From: Chrysemys picta bellii
Lineage: Eukaryota
Direction: 5' to 3'
Length of the DNA: 64,000 nt
Assembly (NCBI RefSeq): GCF_011386835.1
Contig: NC_088792.1
Span: 57,722,001-57,786,000, forward strand
Part shown: positions 24,001 to 34,414 of the stretch, in pieces
How the letters are laid out: each line of letters starts with the position of its first letter
Position numbering within the stretch: position 1 is the stretch's first letter
Position numbers and translations under genes: made by a program
The notes under the pieces: generated by a model
What the model was told of the DNA's origin: nothing
What the model saw: only the letters and a program-made list of their open reading frames with translations
The model's database searches: none

Positions 24001-26764
24001 AGGAATGATGCCTTATGCTGCAAAATTCAAATGATTCTAGCTTCCATTTTCAATCCTGTCCTATGTGGAGTGACATATTAGGGCTTGGTCCTGGCATTTT
24101 TTTAAAGCATTGCTGGTCAAGGACTGTAGGACTTCAGTATGATTGCAATAGGTTATCAGACTTTCAGCTACAGAGAGTTCCCCTCTCTTTGCATGGAAGG
24201 ATGTGTGAGCCCTCAGGGGTACTTGGGATTAGATGGGAGTTATATGGTGCATGTGCCTTGTGCTAATTCTCTTTGTGTGGGATGAATTTTGCCAAGTGTG
24301 AGTTATGGGTACTTGAGGACTATAGAATTCTTAAATATTACATGATAGGCAGGGCCAGCTCTAAGCACCAGCAAAACAAGCTGGTGCTTGGGGTGGCATT
24401 CTGGCATGGGCCATGCCGCCCCTTCAAGCAAGAAAAAGGTAAAAATGTGCCCCGGCCGCCCTAACTCACCTCCGCTGCTGCCGCTGCTCGCCCTCCCTCC
24501 CAGGCTCTCAAACCCGGGAGGGAAGGGGAGATCCCGCGCGGCCGCGGCGCGCGAAACAGCTGATTCGCACGCTGCGGCCACTCGGGATCTCCCCCTCCCT
24601 CCCAGGTTTGAGAGCCTGGGAGGGAGGGGGAGCAGCGGCGCGCGAATCAGCTGTTTCGCACGCCGCGGCCACTCGGGATCTCCCCCTCCCTCGCGCGTTT
24701 GAGAGCTTGGGAGGGAGGGGAGACCCTGAGTGGCCGTGGCGCACGCGCTGCTTCTCCCTCTCCCTCCCTCCCTCCTAGGCTTGAGAGCCTGGGGGGAGGA
24801 GGCAGGGCTGGGGATATGGGGAAGGGGCAGAGTTGAGGCAGGGCCGGGGGTGGGGTAAGAAAAAAACAGGGGTGGGGGGCAGCCAAAATTGTTTTTGCTT
24901 GGGGTGGCAAAAATCCTAGAGCCGGCCCTGATGATAGGGAGAGGCAGGGGAGGTAGCTGGAGATTATGCAAAGCAAGTAATCTTATCCAAATTCCACAAA
25001 TGGAGATGGAGAAGTGGCAAGGACCTTGCAGAGCTCCTAAACTATTCCTGTACCCATATTCTTAAGGGAATTAATTAACAGAGAGAAAATCATTACATTT
25101 AAAGTTAAAGACTAGTTAACATTAAAGTTGAAAATTTTGCATAACAAGGAACTTCTTAAGTGTGAAAATGAACAGCTAAAGGACAGGAGATAGATATGTG
25201 AGTATCCTCATTGGTCAGTCTCTAAATGTGCTTCTGTTCTGGAAAACAATTAAGCAAAAATAGTGTGTGTGGGGGGGGGAGGAAGTCTGTGATTTCCATG
25301 TTAAATGTGTCAAGTTGGGTTATTTGTTTCTAGTACGTCATTATTAGTAACAAGTTCTGCAGGCCAAATGAGGCTGTGATGTGCCACACAAAGCAGTGCA
25401 GGTTGAGTGAATTAACCTGATAGGCTGCAACTGAAGGAGAGACAGAGCTTGAAAGGCTGATTGAAGGTTGAACCCAGCTGAGAAGGAACAGACAGGGCTG
25501 GAATAAAGCCAGGAAGTTAGCAGCAGAAAGCTGCTGCAGGGGAAGTGGTCTGCAGTCACTCCCTGGGAGAAGGGGATTTGGATTGATAAACCTAGAGAGT
25601 GGGGAGGCTAGAGGGTGAGAGCAAAGACATAGGAAGGAGGCCAGGGAAACAGCAGCAGGGTCTGGGTGCAAGCAGCAGGGCCGGCTCCAGGGTTTTTGCT
25701 GCCCCAAGCGGCAAAAAAAATAAAAATAAAAAAATAAAAAAAAGCTGCGATCATGATCGACGGCAGCTCCACCGCGCTGCTTTCTTCTTTGGCGGCAATT
25801 CGGCGGCAGGTCCTTCCCTCTGAGAAGGACCGAGGGACCTGCCGCTGAATTGCCACCAAAGAGCCTGATGTGCCGCCTCTTCCCCTTGGCCACCCCAAGC
25901 ACCTGCTTGCTGAGTTGGTGCCTGGAGCCGGCCCTGGCAAGCAGACCATAGGTACTGGACATACAATGCCTGACCTGGCAACTGGAGTGTAATAGGTGGG
26001 CCCAGGTTCCCCTACCAGCCACTGGGATAGTAGCATAAACTGAGCAGTGGAGCCAAAGACTGCCTGGGACAGATGCCCAAAGGGACTCTGATACCCTGGA
26101 ATGGGAGGGCTGTACAGTGACCTGGCTGGAGGACTAAGTCACGAAGAAGGAATACCCTGAGTTCCAGCGAGAGATCACGGGGTGAGGAAAGGTATGCCAG
26201 ACCAGAGTGGAGCTAATTCCCAGAGCAGCGAGGAGGAGGCACCCTAGTGGTGAGTGGACTCCGTGAGAGAGGCCCTCAGTGCTATCTGTACAACTCCAGT
26301 GCTTCATTGGGTTTGCTCAGGCATAACTTATTGGAACTGTGTAAATTATTTCATTGCACAAGATGAAACAGAGCCCTACTCCCTGTTAGCTCTGCTGGTT
26401 TTGCAGAGCTAAAAGGAAAAAAAAATCAGTAAACGTGAGGGGTGGGAATGTAAAGTTAAGAGTGAATGCACACAAGGGGTAGATCTGTTGAATAACAAAA
26501 AGTGCTCTTTTCATATAGCCCTTTTCAGAGAAAATAAGCACACTTAAAATAAACATCATATGCTATCAAATGTCTTAAAATAGAAGAGTATATTGAATTT
26601 AAACATGTGGCTGCATTTTATATTAACTAAACAATTAAATAAAGTGAACATACTGCACCTCTCGACAGCGTCTGGGGAGCTCTTTTTTCCTTTTTGATTG
26701 CCATCGCGAGGTTGGAAGAAACTGCGATTAGCAGGAGTGACAAAGCCAATGCTGAATGCATCAT
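12637..26764 (-). CDS. AGR3: Anterior gradient protein 3 (ER-resident PDI/thioredoxin-fold protein), complete spliced CDS of 7 coding exons, 165 aa
   Basis: Join(26764-26659, 22576-22513, 19989-19937, 19265-19189, 19036-18973, 13620-13537, 12686-12637) = 106+64+53+77+64+84+50 = 498 nt, open, all introns GT-AG, phases compatible. Translation: [165 protein letters not shown]. Closely matches human AGR3 as I recall it. Confidence 0.98.
13537..13620 (-). CDS. AGR3: AGR3 coding exon, (D)[27 protein letters not shown](L)
   Basis: 84 nt; ccactttttcag acceptor, T|GTAAGT donor. Confidence 0.97.
13948..15383 (-). mobile_element. hAT non-autonomous element with transposase remnant and long inverted arms, in AGR3 intron 6
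   Basis: TIR TAGGGCTGT / ACAGACCTA; exact 8-bp TSD ATATTCAG. The minus strand encodes ALDPRFK...CPLEW*LKHE...[27 protein letters not shown] (hAT dimerisation domain). The plus strand repeats the same C-terminus at about 14830-15000. Confidence 0.92.
15585..15790 (-). mobile_element. MIR-like CORE-SINE (similar copies at about 34760-34900 -, 35945-36070 -, 46585-46730 +)
   Basis: Reverse core CTCATTTTACAATAGGGGAACTAAGCC...ATGATTTGCCCAAGTCAC. Confidence 0.7.
16088..17468 (+). mobile_element. Solo LTR in AGR3 intron 6 (with nested Penelope-like insert)
   Basis: TGTGATG...CATCACA termini; exact 5-bp TSD CCTTC. Confidence 0.88.
16807..17019. mobile_element. Penelope-like element end forming a near-perfect palindrome
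   Basis: GTAGCCGTGTTAGTC...GGTGGCACCTTAAAGACTAAC motif followed by its reverse complement; 14-bp flanking direct repeat TCACTTTGTTCTGT (16793-16806, 17020-17033). Confidence 0.85.
18041..18080 (+). repeat. (CT)n plus poly-T simple repeat
   Basis: Direct reading of the sequence. Confidence 0.9.
18512..18803 (+). mobile_element. CR1 LINE 3' end in AGR3 intron 6
   Basis: GGTTGTGGAATCCCCATCATTGGAGGTTTT...CCCTTCCAGCCCTACATTTCTATG. Confidence 0.85.
18973..19036 (-). CDS. AGR3: AGR3 coding exon, [21 protein letters not shown](D)
   Basis: 64 nt; ttttcctgccag acceptor, G|GTATGC donor. Confidence 0.97.
19189..19265 (-). CDS. AGR3: AGR3 coding exon, (A)[25 protein letters not shown]
   Basis: 77 nt; catcttttctag acceptor, ATG|GTAAGG donor. 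Confidence 0.97.
19937..19989 (-). CDS. AGR3: AGR3 active-site exon, (S)[17 protein letters not shown](A)
   Basis: 53 nt; AG at 19990-19991, GTAATT donor; TGT CAA TAC TGC at 19952-19941. Confidence 0.97.
20950..21108 (+). repeat. 38-bp CpG-rich minisatellite, about 4.2 copies
   Basis: Unit TTCCAGCGGGCTGGGACGGGCGGTGCGGCCGCAGCATG starting at 20950, 20988, 21026 and 21064. Confidence 0.95.
21409..21720. mobile_element. hAT MITE inserted inside the right TIR of the mariner-like element
   Basis: TIR CAGGGCTGGCTTTAG / CTAAAGCCGGCCCTG; 8-bp TSD TCTATGGT / TATACGGT (6/8, one difference a CpG transition). Confidence 0.85.
22513..22576 (-). CDS. AGR3: AGR3 coding exon, (G)[20 protein letters not shown](S)
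   Basis: 64 nt; AG at 22577-22578 and GTAAAG donor read on the minus strand. Confidence 0.97.
24350..24930. mobile_element. GC-rich hAT MITE in AGR3 intron 2
   Basis: TIR CAGGGCCAGCTCTA / TAGAGCCGGCCCTG; exact 8-bp TSD ATGATAGG; internal hairpin repeats. Confidence 0.93.
25375..26268 (+). mobile_element. Solo LTR in AGR3 intron 2 (contains a nested hAT MITE)
   Basis: Starts TGTGAT and ends CCGTGAGA (terminal CA decayed; compare CCGTGACA of the 5432 LTR); exact 5-bp TSD GAGGC. Confidence 0.75.
25676..25936. mobile_element. hAT MITE nested in the solo LTR
   Basis: Perfect 16-bp TIR CAGGGCCGGCTCCAGG; exact 8-bp TSD GCAAGCAG. Confidence 0.95.
26659..26764 (-). CDS. AGR3: AGR3 first coding exon (signal peptide to PQTLSR); the whole exon is 26659-26803 including 39 nt of 5'UTR
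   Basis: ATG ATG CAT TCA GCA TTG...CAG ACG CTG TCG AGA G|gtgcag; acceptor ttgctttgttttccag ending at 26804; A at -3 of the first ATG. Confidence 0.96.
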
Positions 26765-28074
26765 TATCTCTTTAAGAAATCCCCTTTCAATGCAGCCGTG
26801 AAACTGGAAAACAAAGCAATCTTTTTAGTTGGGTGGGTTCATTACAAGTTGCCATCTGGAAGATGATTTTAATAGCATTCTAATAATCTACACCACAAGG
26901 ACTGTTTTGTTTGTTTTTGGAAACAGTGGACTTGCTTGATGACAATAGTCCAGAGTCCAGGTGGTCTACACTAGATACGTAAGCATCCTGCAAATTTGTC
27001 AGAAATATACCCGGAGAACAATATAGAGTTACTACTATAGTTTTGAACAGTGAAAAATTAATCAGTTTCACTTTTATTTCTAGTCAATTTCTCATTCCAG
27101 TTGTTATACACTAGTCTAATCTTATAATTATTGAGTTGAAAACATGGCAGGACAATGCTTCTGGGTTGTGTTTTCCTTTCCCCAAACTGTATTGTTGGAA
27201 TTGTTAATAATAATAAAAAAGAATGGCATGGGAACATTTCTATTGACAGTAGGTTTTGTGCTCCAACTCTAGTTGATAATATCCGCTCTAAAAAAGTTAG
27301 CTGAAATTATAAAAAGCTTGTCTTCTGGTAGACTCCAGTGTAACAAGAAACATCAGGAAGGGATTTCCCAGAAAACAAACAAATATTTTTGCAATTTAAA
27401 ATTACAAAGTGAAAAACACATTTATAATTATATTTTTTTAAAATGGCTTTTAATAATGAAAGAACATCAGTGCTTCCACTGAGAAAAGTATTTGAAAGTT
27501 TGAGTGTCAGTCTGATCTTTGTCCAAAATATCTGAATATCTTAACTCAGAAAACTTCATGGAAATTACAGTATTCTAGGGGTACTTGTTTTTATTCATGA
27601 CAAAACTCGCATGAGAATAGTCACTCTCGAAACTTCATGATTTCTGCTTCTGATTAGAAGTAAAAAGGGCAAAATCTGTGCAAACAGGATTTTTAGTGTT
27701 TTAAATCAAACACTTTTGAACCTAGTTAGAATTTCTGTTTTAAAAAAAATGGTGCTTTCCCCCCCCCTCTGGCTGGTCCAATCATTGCTAGGTATTGTAT
27801 CTCCAAAGCCCCATGTGTTGTTTGAATGTCATTGGCAAAGTATGCAGTGTTGGTGGAACTGCATGCTGCAGAAGAGAACACTGAATCTCTGTATTGGCTC
27901 ACTATCACTTGTGATGCTAATTTTGATGTCAGCGCTTTATGCATAATACAATCTGTTGAGAATAATAATAAACTAAAATGTTCCTGTTCCTGCTATAAAT
28001 CCAGTTCCTGCTATAAATAAATCAGAGGGCTAACTCCTCCCCACCCTGGTGTTTAATTAAGTTAAACACCAATG

Positions 28075-28683
28075 TTGACACAAGAATTAATGGATATAAA
28101 CTGGTCATCAATAAGTTTAGGCTTGAAATTACACAAAGATTTCTAACCATCAGATGAGTGAAGTTCTGGAACCCAGCCTTCCAAGGGGCGCAGTGGGAGA
28201 AAAAAAACCTAACTGGTTTCAAGACTGAGCTTGATACGTTTATGGAAGGGATAGTATGATGAGACTGCTTACAATGGCATGTAGCCGATCTGCGACTGCT
28301 AGTACAAATATCTCCAAAGGTTGGGTATGGAACACAAGATGGGGAGGACTCCAAGTTACAGCAGAGAATTCTTATATATATCTGGCTCTGGGTCCTGCCC
28401 ACATGCTTGGGGTCTAACTGATCACCATATTTACGGATGGGAAGGAATTTTTCCCTGGGTCAGATTGGCAAAAACCCTGGGGAATTTTTGCCTTTCTCTA
28501 CAGGATGGGGCCTGGGTCACTTGCAGGTTTAAATTAGTGTAAATGGTGAATTCTCTGTAACTTGAAGTCATGATTTGAGGACTTCAGTAATTCAGCCAGA
28601 GTTTTACAGGAATGATTCTGTGGCCTGCAATGTGTAGGAGGTCAGAGTAGATGATAGTCCCTTCTGGCCTTAAAGTCTATGAG
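28075..28683 (+). mobile_element. CR1 LINE 3' end with long 3'UTR in AGR3 intron 1
   Basis: AATGGATATAAACTGGTCATCAATAAGTTTAGGCTTGAAATT...GTCCCTTCTGGCCTTAAAGTCTATGAG. Confidence 0.8.
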
Positions 28684-30167
28684 AGAGGCCTCTGACTAAA
28701 AATACAAACCAAGCCAGGATGAAGCCTATTGTAATGGAGAATACCTTAACATTTGAACCCAGCAGCTACATTCATTGTGGAATTTCACCAGGACCAACTA
28801 AGACTGAATCCTATCAGTGTAATAATCACACCATCATCTCAGTATGGGCAGTCATGAAAAGTTTTGGGGCTTTTACACTGCCTATACGCAAGCCCGCCAA
28901 TGTCACAAGTAGCACTGTTACTAACTCCAGTTCTGGCAGGTGCATTCCAGTACTGGTTCTCCTCCACCTGTCAGTCTCAACACAAAAAAACAGATTCTCT
29001 TAAAGAGGCCACAATAGAATTTGCTGCTTAGAACAAAAACAACAAGAACAACAAAATCCTTGCAAGTGTTATCCTCTCCTAAGGATTCCATAACTATTAA
29101 GAGACTCCGCTAGGCTTCTAAACAATCAGTAAAGTCACCATAACATTTTCCCTCCCAACCCTGGTCCCTAGTGGTTCACTTTGTTTCTTCTGGGGTTTTA
29201 AGAATCCTACAATTTTTTCTTTGTTTTACATACCCCACCCTCAGTGTTGCGTGTAGCAGATACCCTCCCTCCATTCAGTAATGGATGAGATCCCCTTTGG
29301 AGCTCTTTAGCTTGCTGAAGGGTTTGAAGTTCAGTGCTGAGAAATGGGAGGTCTCCCACTGCTTCATAAAGAGGGACTAAGACTACTGCTTTAACCCTGG
29401 GACTGAAAAATTATTGGGAACAGGAAATCAATCCCAAATTCTCTTCGGGGCTCTGCCGATCATTACCCATGGCCATTAAAATGATAGGTCTGTAATCTAC
29501 AGCATAAACTCAACAAAAATATTCCTTGTAGCCATTGCATGTGGGGGTTAATAATCCTTAGCATTAGATAGGCTTTAGTATTAATCTTTGATCGGTCTGT
29601 CACTTATATTTTGTTCTATATTTTCAGTGCTGTGAAAACATTAATAGTTATGGCTTGGTGAAACAGTCTCAGGTTTCTGATGATAGAACAGCTATGAAAT
29701 GTGCAAATCAGTAATTTCCTTCAAGATAAATAAGATGCTTCTTACAGTCAAGAAATCTCAGGAAATAAACACAGTTTTTTTAGCTCAGGGCCAACAGAAA
29801 TATTTTTCTCACACTTAAATAACTTTTTCCCCCCCAGAAAATCATAATGAAGAAAGCCCAGGATGGCTTCTATGACAGATAATTGCCACCACTGTTGATG
29901 GATGAAGCTTAAAAATCCATTTTTGATATTATGAGACCCAATGCCAGTGTGCTGGTTTAAACGGTGAATTCATTATAGGACACACCCTTGAAATCCGTCC
30001 CACTGCTCTGTTACATATTCCCTGTAGAAGAATTTTTTTTTGCCAGTTAACCTTTTTTATTCTTCTTCCCCATCAGCACGCACATTATAGGTAGATTATA
30101 TACATCATAGATAACATAGATTCACTACCAAATAAATACATATTAATGCTGAAAACTGTTTGCTCAC

Positions 30168-30241
30168 CTTAGCTGATCAGTTCTGCTGATAAAAGTTCTT
30201 CTTTCTGGAAGTGGCTAGTTTAAAAATGGGTGTGATTTATA
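30168..30241 (-). promoter_or_regulatory. Predicted AGR3 core promoter and non-coding exon 1
   Basis: On the minus strand: TATAAAT at 30241-30235; Inr-like CCACTTC with its A at 30212 (TATA at -29); strong donor AAG|GTGAGC at 30168/30167. This gives a 45-nt exon and a 3364-nt first intron. Confidence 0.65.
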
Positions 30242-31871
30242 CATACAAGAATATCTGACCTGCACAGTTCTATGAGCACAGCAACAAGAGTGTATTCGCC
30301 TGCAAAAACAACAGGAACCAGTTAGTCAGAAACCAAGAATTTTTTTTCTTCCCACACCCCTTTTACCCTCCCCTTTAACTTTTTACTCTTGTGAATTCTC
30401 ATGCCTGTACACTAAATACTCCGATTTCTCTCCATCTTGGCTTGTATCAGGTGTCGTCATATTGGGACGCAAAATAAATAGTGACTTGTGTGTGTCTGTG
30501 ACTTTTTTCCCCCAAATAGTTTGGATCTGGCCTCAGTCCAGTGAAAAAAGAAACCATCAGTGAAAGATGAAACTGTATGTGCTATTATTCCCAATGAATG
30601 GCTGGGTTCACTGGTGCTGGCAGATTAGATATGAAGTTAATAGGAAGACACAAGAGTTACTTTGTATGGAGGAATGTAATTAACAAATGAAGGAAACTTG
30701 TTTCTTTAAATTTAGGAGGAAAACAGAATGCTACTTAAAAATCATGAATCTAAGGATTATATTGTTTCTTTAAGTTAAAGTTTAAAGATTAGGAGGTTTT
30801 TTAGACATGATGCCTAATATAATTCTGACCCAGCTTGACAAACATAGACGCGCTTCATGCCCTTGAATACAAAAGGAATTACCTAGGTTATCTTTGTCTG
30901 CTCTGGTGCACCTTTTGCATAGAAATCGAGATACATCAGAAGCAATCTCTCTAATATAACTGGATTCTTTCTCTGACATTTTATATTAATGAGTAGTATT
31001 GTAGTAACTGGTGTAAGATCATGTGTCTTAAACCAAAATGATTTCCTCCAGTTCTCTCTCAACTGAATTTTGGCTCCAGCTTTTAGCTCTGCTACTTTGG
31101 CCCATCCCTGGTTATAGCTCATTGATGGCTGAAATTATCACATGCGGACTTCCATATATGATTAAAAAAAAGCTCTGGAAAAATTACAGCTTTGTTTTAT
31201 AGAATTTCCTTTTGGAAAGTTTGCTTTCTAGTTGGTATCGCCACACATGCATTTTCTCCTTATTTGCAGTTTCAGTGAAACAACTATTTTTTCACTAAGC
31301 TATGAAAATGTGACTTCTTATTGTGTATACAAAAGCCATCTTTAATATTTGTAATTGAGTGCACAGAAGTTTGTATTTCAAGTATTTTTGCATTTAATTA
31401 CACAATATTTTCACTACCTTAAGGATCAAATACAAAGAGAATGTGGACTGGTTAGAAAATAGGAAGCAAACCTTTGTTTTAAAACAAATAGTTTTATTTT
31501 ATGTGTTCATTTAGATTTTGGTCTAAAGAACCTTCACAGCAAAGGGCATCCATCCATCCAAAGCGCTGAGCTACCTTGACTTACACTTTAAAAGTGTAAT
31601 CACCCAGGAATGCCAAACTTAAAATAATACAAAGCCTCAATATGTCTTACTCTCCACCTTACTACAAATTGCTTAGTAATTAAAGAATTGTTTGGAGAAA
31701 AATAGGACTGAAAAATGTTGTACGTTCATTTAAGGATGTTGATGGATAGATTTGACAGGATTGTTCCTCACCTCCTGGAGGTACTCTACTGTTGTTGGGA
31801 TTCAAGGCATAGTAGTTCAGTCAGATGGGATTATAACTGGAGATGGGCTAAATGCAAAGCTGCTTAAATTA

Positions 31872-34414
31872 CACTGGTCTACAATTTTTGAGAAGTCGTC
31901 TGCTTCAGAGATAAAATGTGCTATTTATTATGTATTTTGATGTGCTGAATTCAAATATGACAATTAAAACAACTGATTGGCTACTGTTTCTAAGATATTT
32001 AAGTTTTTACATTTTATGTCTATGTATATTGTGTAGATAGTAGAGTTTTAATCATAAATTGTAAACCTAGGTCTTTTCATGTGTTTATGGTTGCTTTACA
32101 TGAGAATATGTCACCTGTCCTGTTTATGTAACACTTTAAAAATCCGCAAAAGGGTTATATAAATAAAATGTATTAGGAAACAAAAGGCAAAAAACTATTC
32201 TGTACATAGTTTAGTCCTAGTCAGTGTCTACTTGGCGCTTCTTGGCTTGTCTCTTGTATTCATTAAATGGAGCATCTCTTGTCACTCTCCAGCAATAGTC
32301 TGCAAGCATTGATGGGCTCCATTTGCCCCGATAGCGTTTCTCCATTGTTGCAATGTCCTGGTGAAATCGCTCGCCGTGCTCGTCGCTCACTGCTCCGCAG
32401 TTTGGTGGAAAAAAATCTAGATGAGAGTGCAAAAACTGTATCTTTAGTGACATGTTGCAACCAAGGCTTTTGTATGCCTTGAGGAGGTTTTCCACCAACA
32501 CCCTGTAGTTGTCTGCCTTGTTGTTTCCGAGAAAATTTATTGCCACCAACTGGAAGGCTTTCCATGCCGTCTTTTCCTTGCCACGCAGTGCATGGTCAAA
32601 TGCATCATCTCGAAGAAGTTCACGAATCTGAGGACCAACAAAGACACCTTCCTTTATCTTAGCTTCACTTAACCTTGGAAATTTTCCACAGAGGTACTTG
32701 AAAGCTGCTTGTGTTTTGTCAATGGCCTTGACAAAGTTCTTCATCAGACCCAGCTTGATGTGTAAGGTGGTAACAAAATCTTCCTTGATTCAACAAGTGG
32801 TGGATGCTGAACACTTTTCCTCCCAGGCTCCAATGACTGTCGGAGTGGCCAATCTTTCTTGATGTAGTGGGAATCTCTTGCACGACTATCCCATTCGCAG
32901 AGAAAACACCAGTACTTTGGTCTGCAGACTGGATACACAAGCAAGAGAGCAACAACCTTCAAATCGCCACAAAGCTGCCACTGATGTTGGTCATAGTTTA
33001 TGCACCTCAAAAGTTGTTTCATGTTGTCATAGGTTTCCTTCATATGGACTGCATGACCAACTGGAATTGATGGCAAAACATTGCCATTATGCAGTAAAAC
33101 AGCTTTAAGACTCGTCTTTGACTAATCAATGAACAGTCTCCACTTATCTGGATCGTGAACAATGTTGAGGGCTGCCATCACACCATCGATGTTGTTGAAG
33201 GCTACAAGATCACCTTCCATGAAGAAGAATGGGACAAGATCCTTCTGACGGTCACGGAACATGGAAACCCTAACATCACTTGCCAGGAGATTCCACTGCT
33301 GTAGTCTGGAGCCCAACAGCTCTGCCTTACTCTTGGGTAGTTCCAAGTCCCTGACAAGGTCATTCAGTTCACCTTGTGTTATGAGGTGTGGCTCAGAGGA
33401 GGAGGATGGGAGAAAATGTGGGTCCTGTGACATTGATGGTTCAGGACCAGAAGTTTCATCCTCTTCCTCGTCTGACTCAAGTGAGAATGATTCTGGTGCA
33501 TCAGGAACCGGCAGTCCTTCTCCGTGGGGTACTGGTCGTATAGCTGATGGAAGGTTTGGATAATGCACAGTACACTTTTTCTTCCTTGACACACCTTTCC
33601 CAACTGGAGGCACCATACAGAAGTAACAATTGCTGGTAGGATCTGTTGGCTCTCTCCAAATCATTGGCACTGCAAAAGGCATAGATTTCCTTTTCCTGTT
33701 CAACCACTGGCGAAGATTTGTTGCACAAGTGTTGCAGCATATGTGTGGGCCCCACCTCTTGTCCTGATCTCCAATTGTGCAGCCAAAATAAAGGTGATAG
33801 GCTTTGTTAACCATAGTGGTTATACTGCGCTTTTGTGATGCAAAAGTCACTTCACCACAAACATAGCAGAAGTTATCTGCACTGTTTACACAAGTACGAG
33901 GTATCTCTGCTCACTTTGGCTAAACAGAAATGTGTCCCTTTGCAAAATCAAACACTGACAAATAAGAGAGCACGACACTGTATGATTTCTAGAGCTGATA
34001 TAGGGCAATTTGTTCAGCAGAGTGATGTAAGCTTCGTTATGATTGCATCATCCATGACTTCTAGGAATAACATGATGCAATTCATATCATGTATGACGCA
34101 ATACCAGCTTCAGATTGCATCATTCATTGTTTTGCCTAAAAAGCAAGTACTGTCCAAACCCAGTCATAGATTTATTCATAGTTCCAGTCAAAAATGTATT
34201 TTAGTCATTTCTGGTTTAAATTGAGATCCCTTCCCTTTATAACTCACTTATCCTCTGCCATTCCCAAGTCAAGGGTCGTATATACTGACCCAATAGCATA
34301 TCTTGAAAACTAGAGCCAATCAACAATTTTAAGCATCATTTTCGTTCTCAGTGACCCAGAATTAGTAAAGTTTGACTACATTTATTTCAGAAGCATTTTG
34401 GCTGTAGAGCAGTG
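31872..34414 (-). mobile_element. Full-length Chapaev3-type (CMC superfamily) DNA transposon, 2543 bp
   Basis: Ends CACTGGTCTACA / TGTAGAGCAGTG (TIR 11/12), exact 3-bp TTA TSD (31869-31871, 34415-34417), internal transposase. CAC termini with a TWA TSD are the Chapaev3 signature as I recall it. Confidence 0.88.
32217..33904 (-). pseudogene. Disabled transposase of about 562 aa (FCYVCGE / PHICCNTC / CYFC zinc-finger region; LFID, LCGDLK, SDEHGERFHQ core motifs)
   Basis: Assembled from ORFs 33122..33850, 32744..33076 and 32217..32744. Lesions: start ATG>ATA (33904-33902; intact in copy 2), TAG at 33124-33122, a 20-bp inversion at 32919-32938, and a 1-bp frameshift at LPP(L)HIKLG near 32765. 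Confidence 0.9.

Noticed and set aside
26927-26978. Plus-strand 52-nt exon-like segment (DLLDDNSPESRWSTLD) with good AG and GTAAGC sites
   Set aside because: It lies antisense within AGR3 intron 1, I recognise no protein, and no consistent plus-strand exon chain can be built.
27986-28018. Small tandem duplications (GTTCCTGCTATAAAT x2; also GCTTCCTCTGCTCTG x2 near 57942-57964)
   Set aside because: Ordinary slippage duplications with no sign of function.
33835-34224. 129-aa plus-strand ORF, repeated at 53645-54151 on the minus strand
   Set aside because: It is antisense to the Chapaev3 5' region; conservation between copies simply reflects recent duplication.
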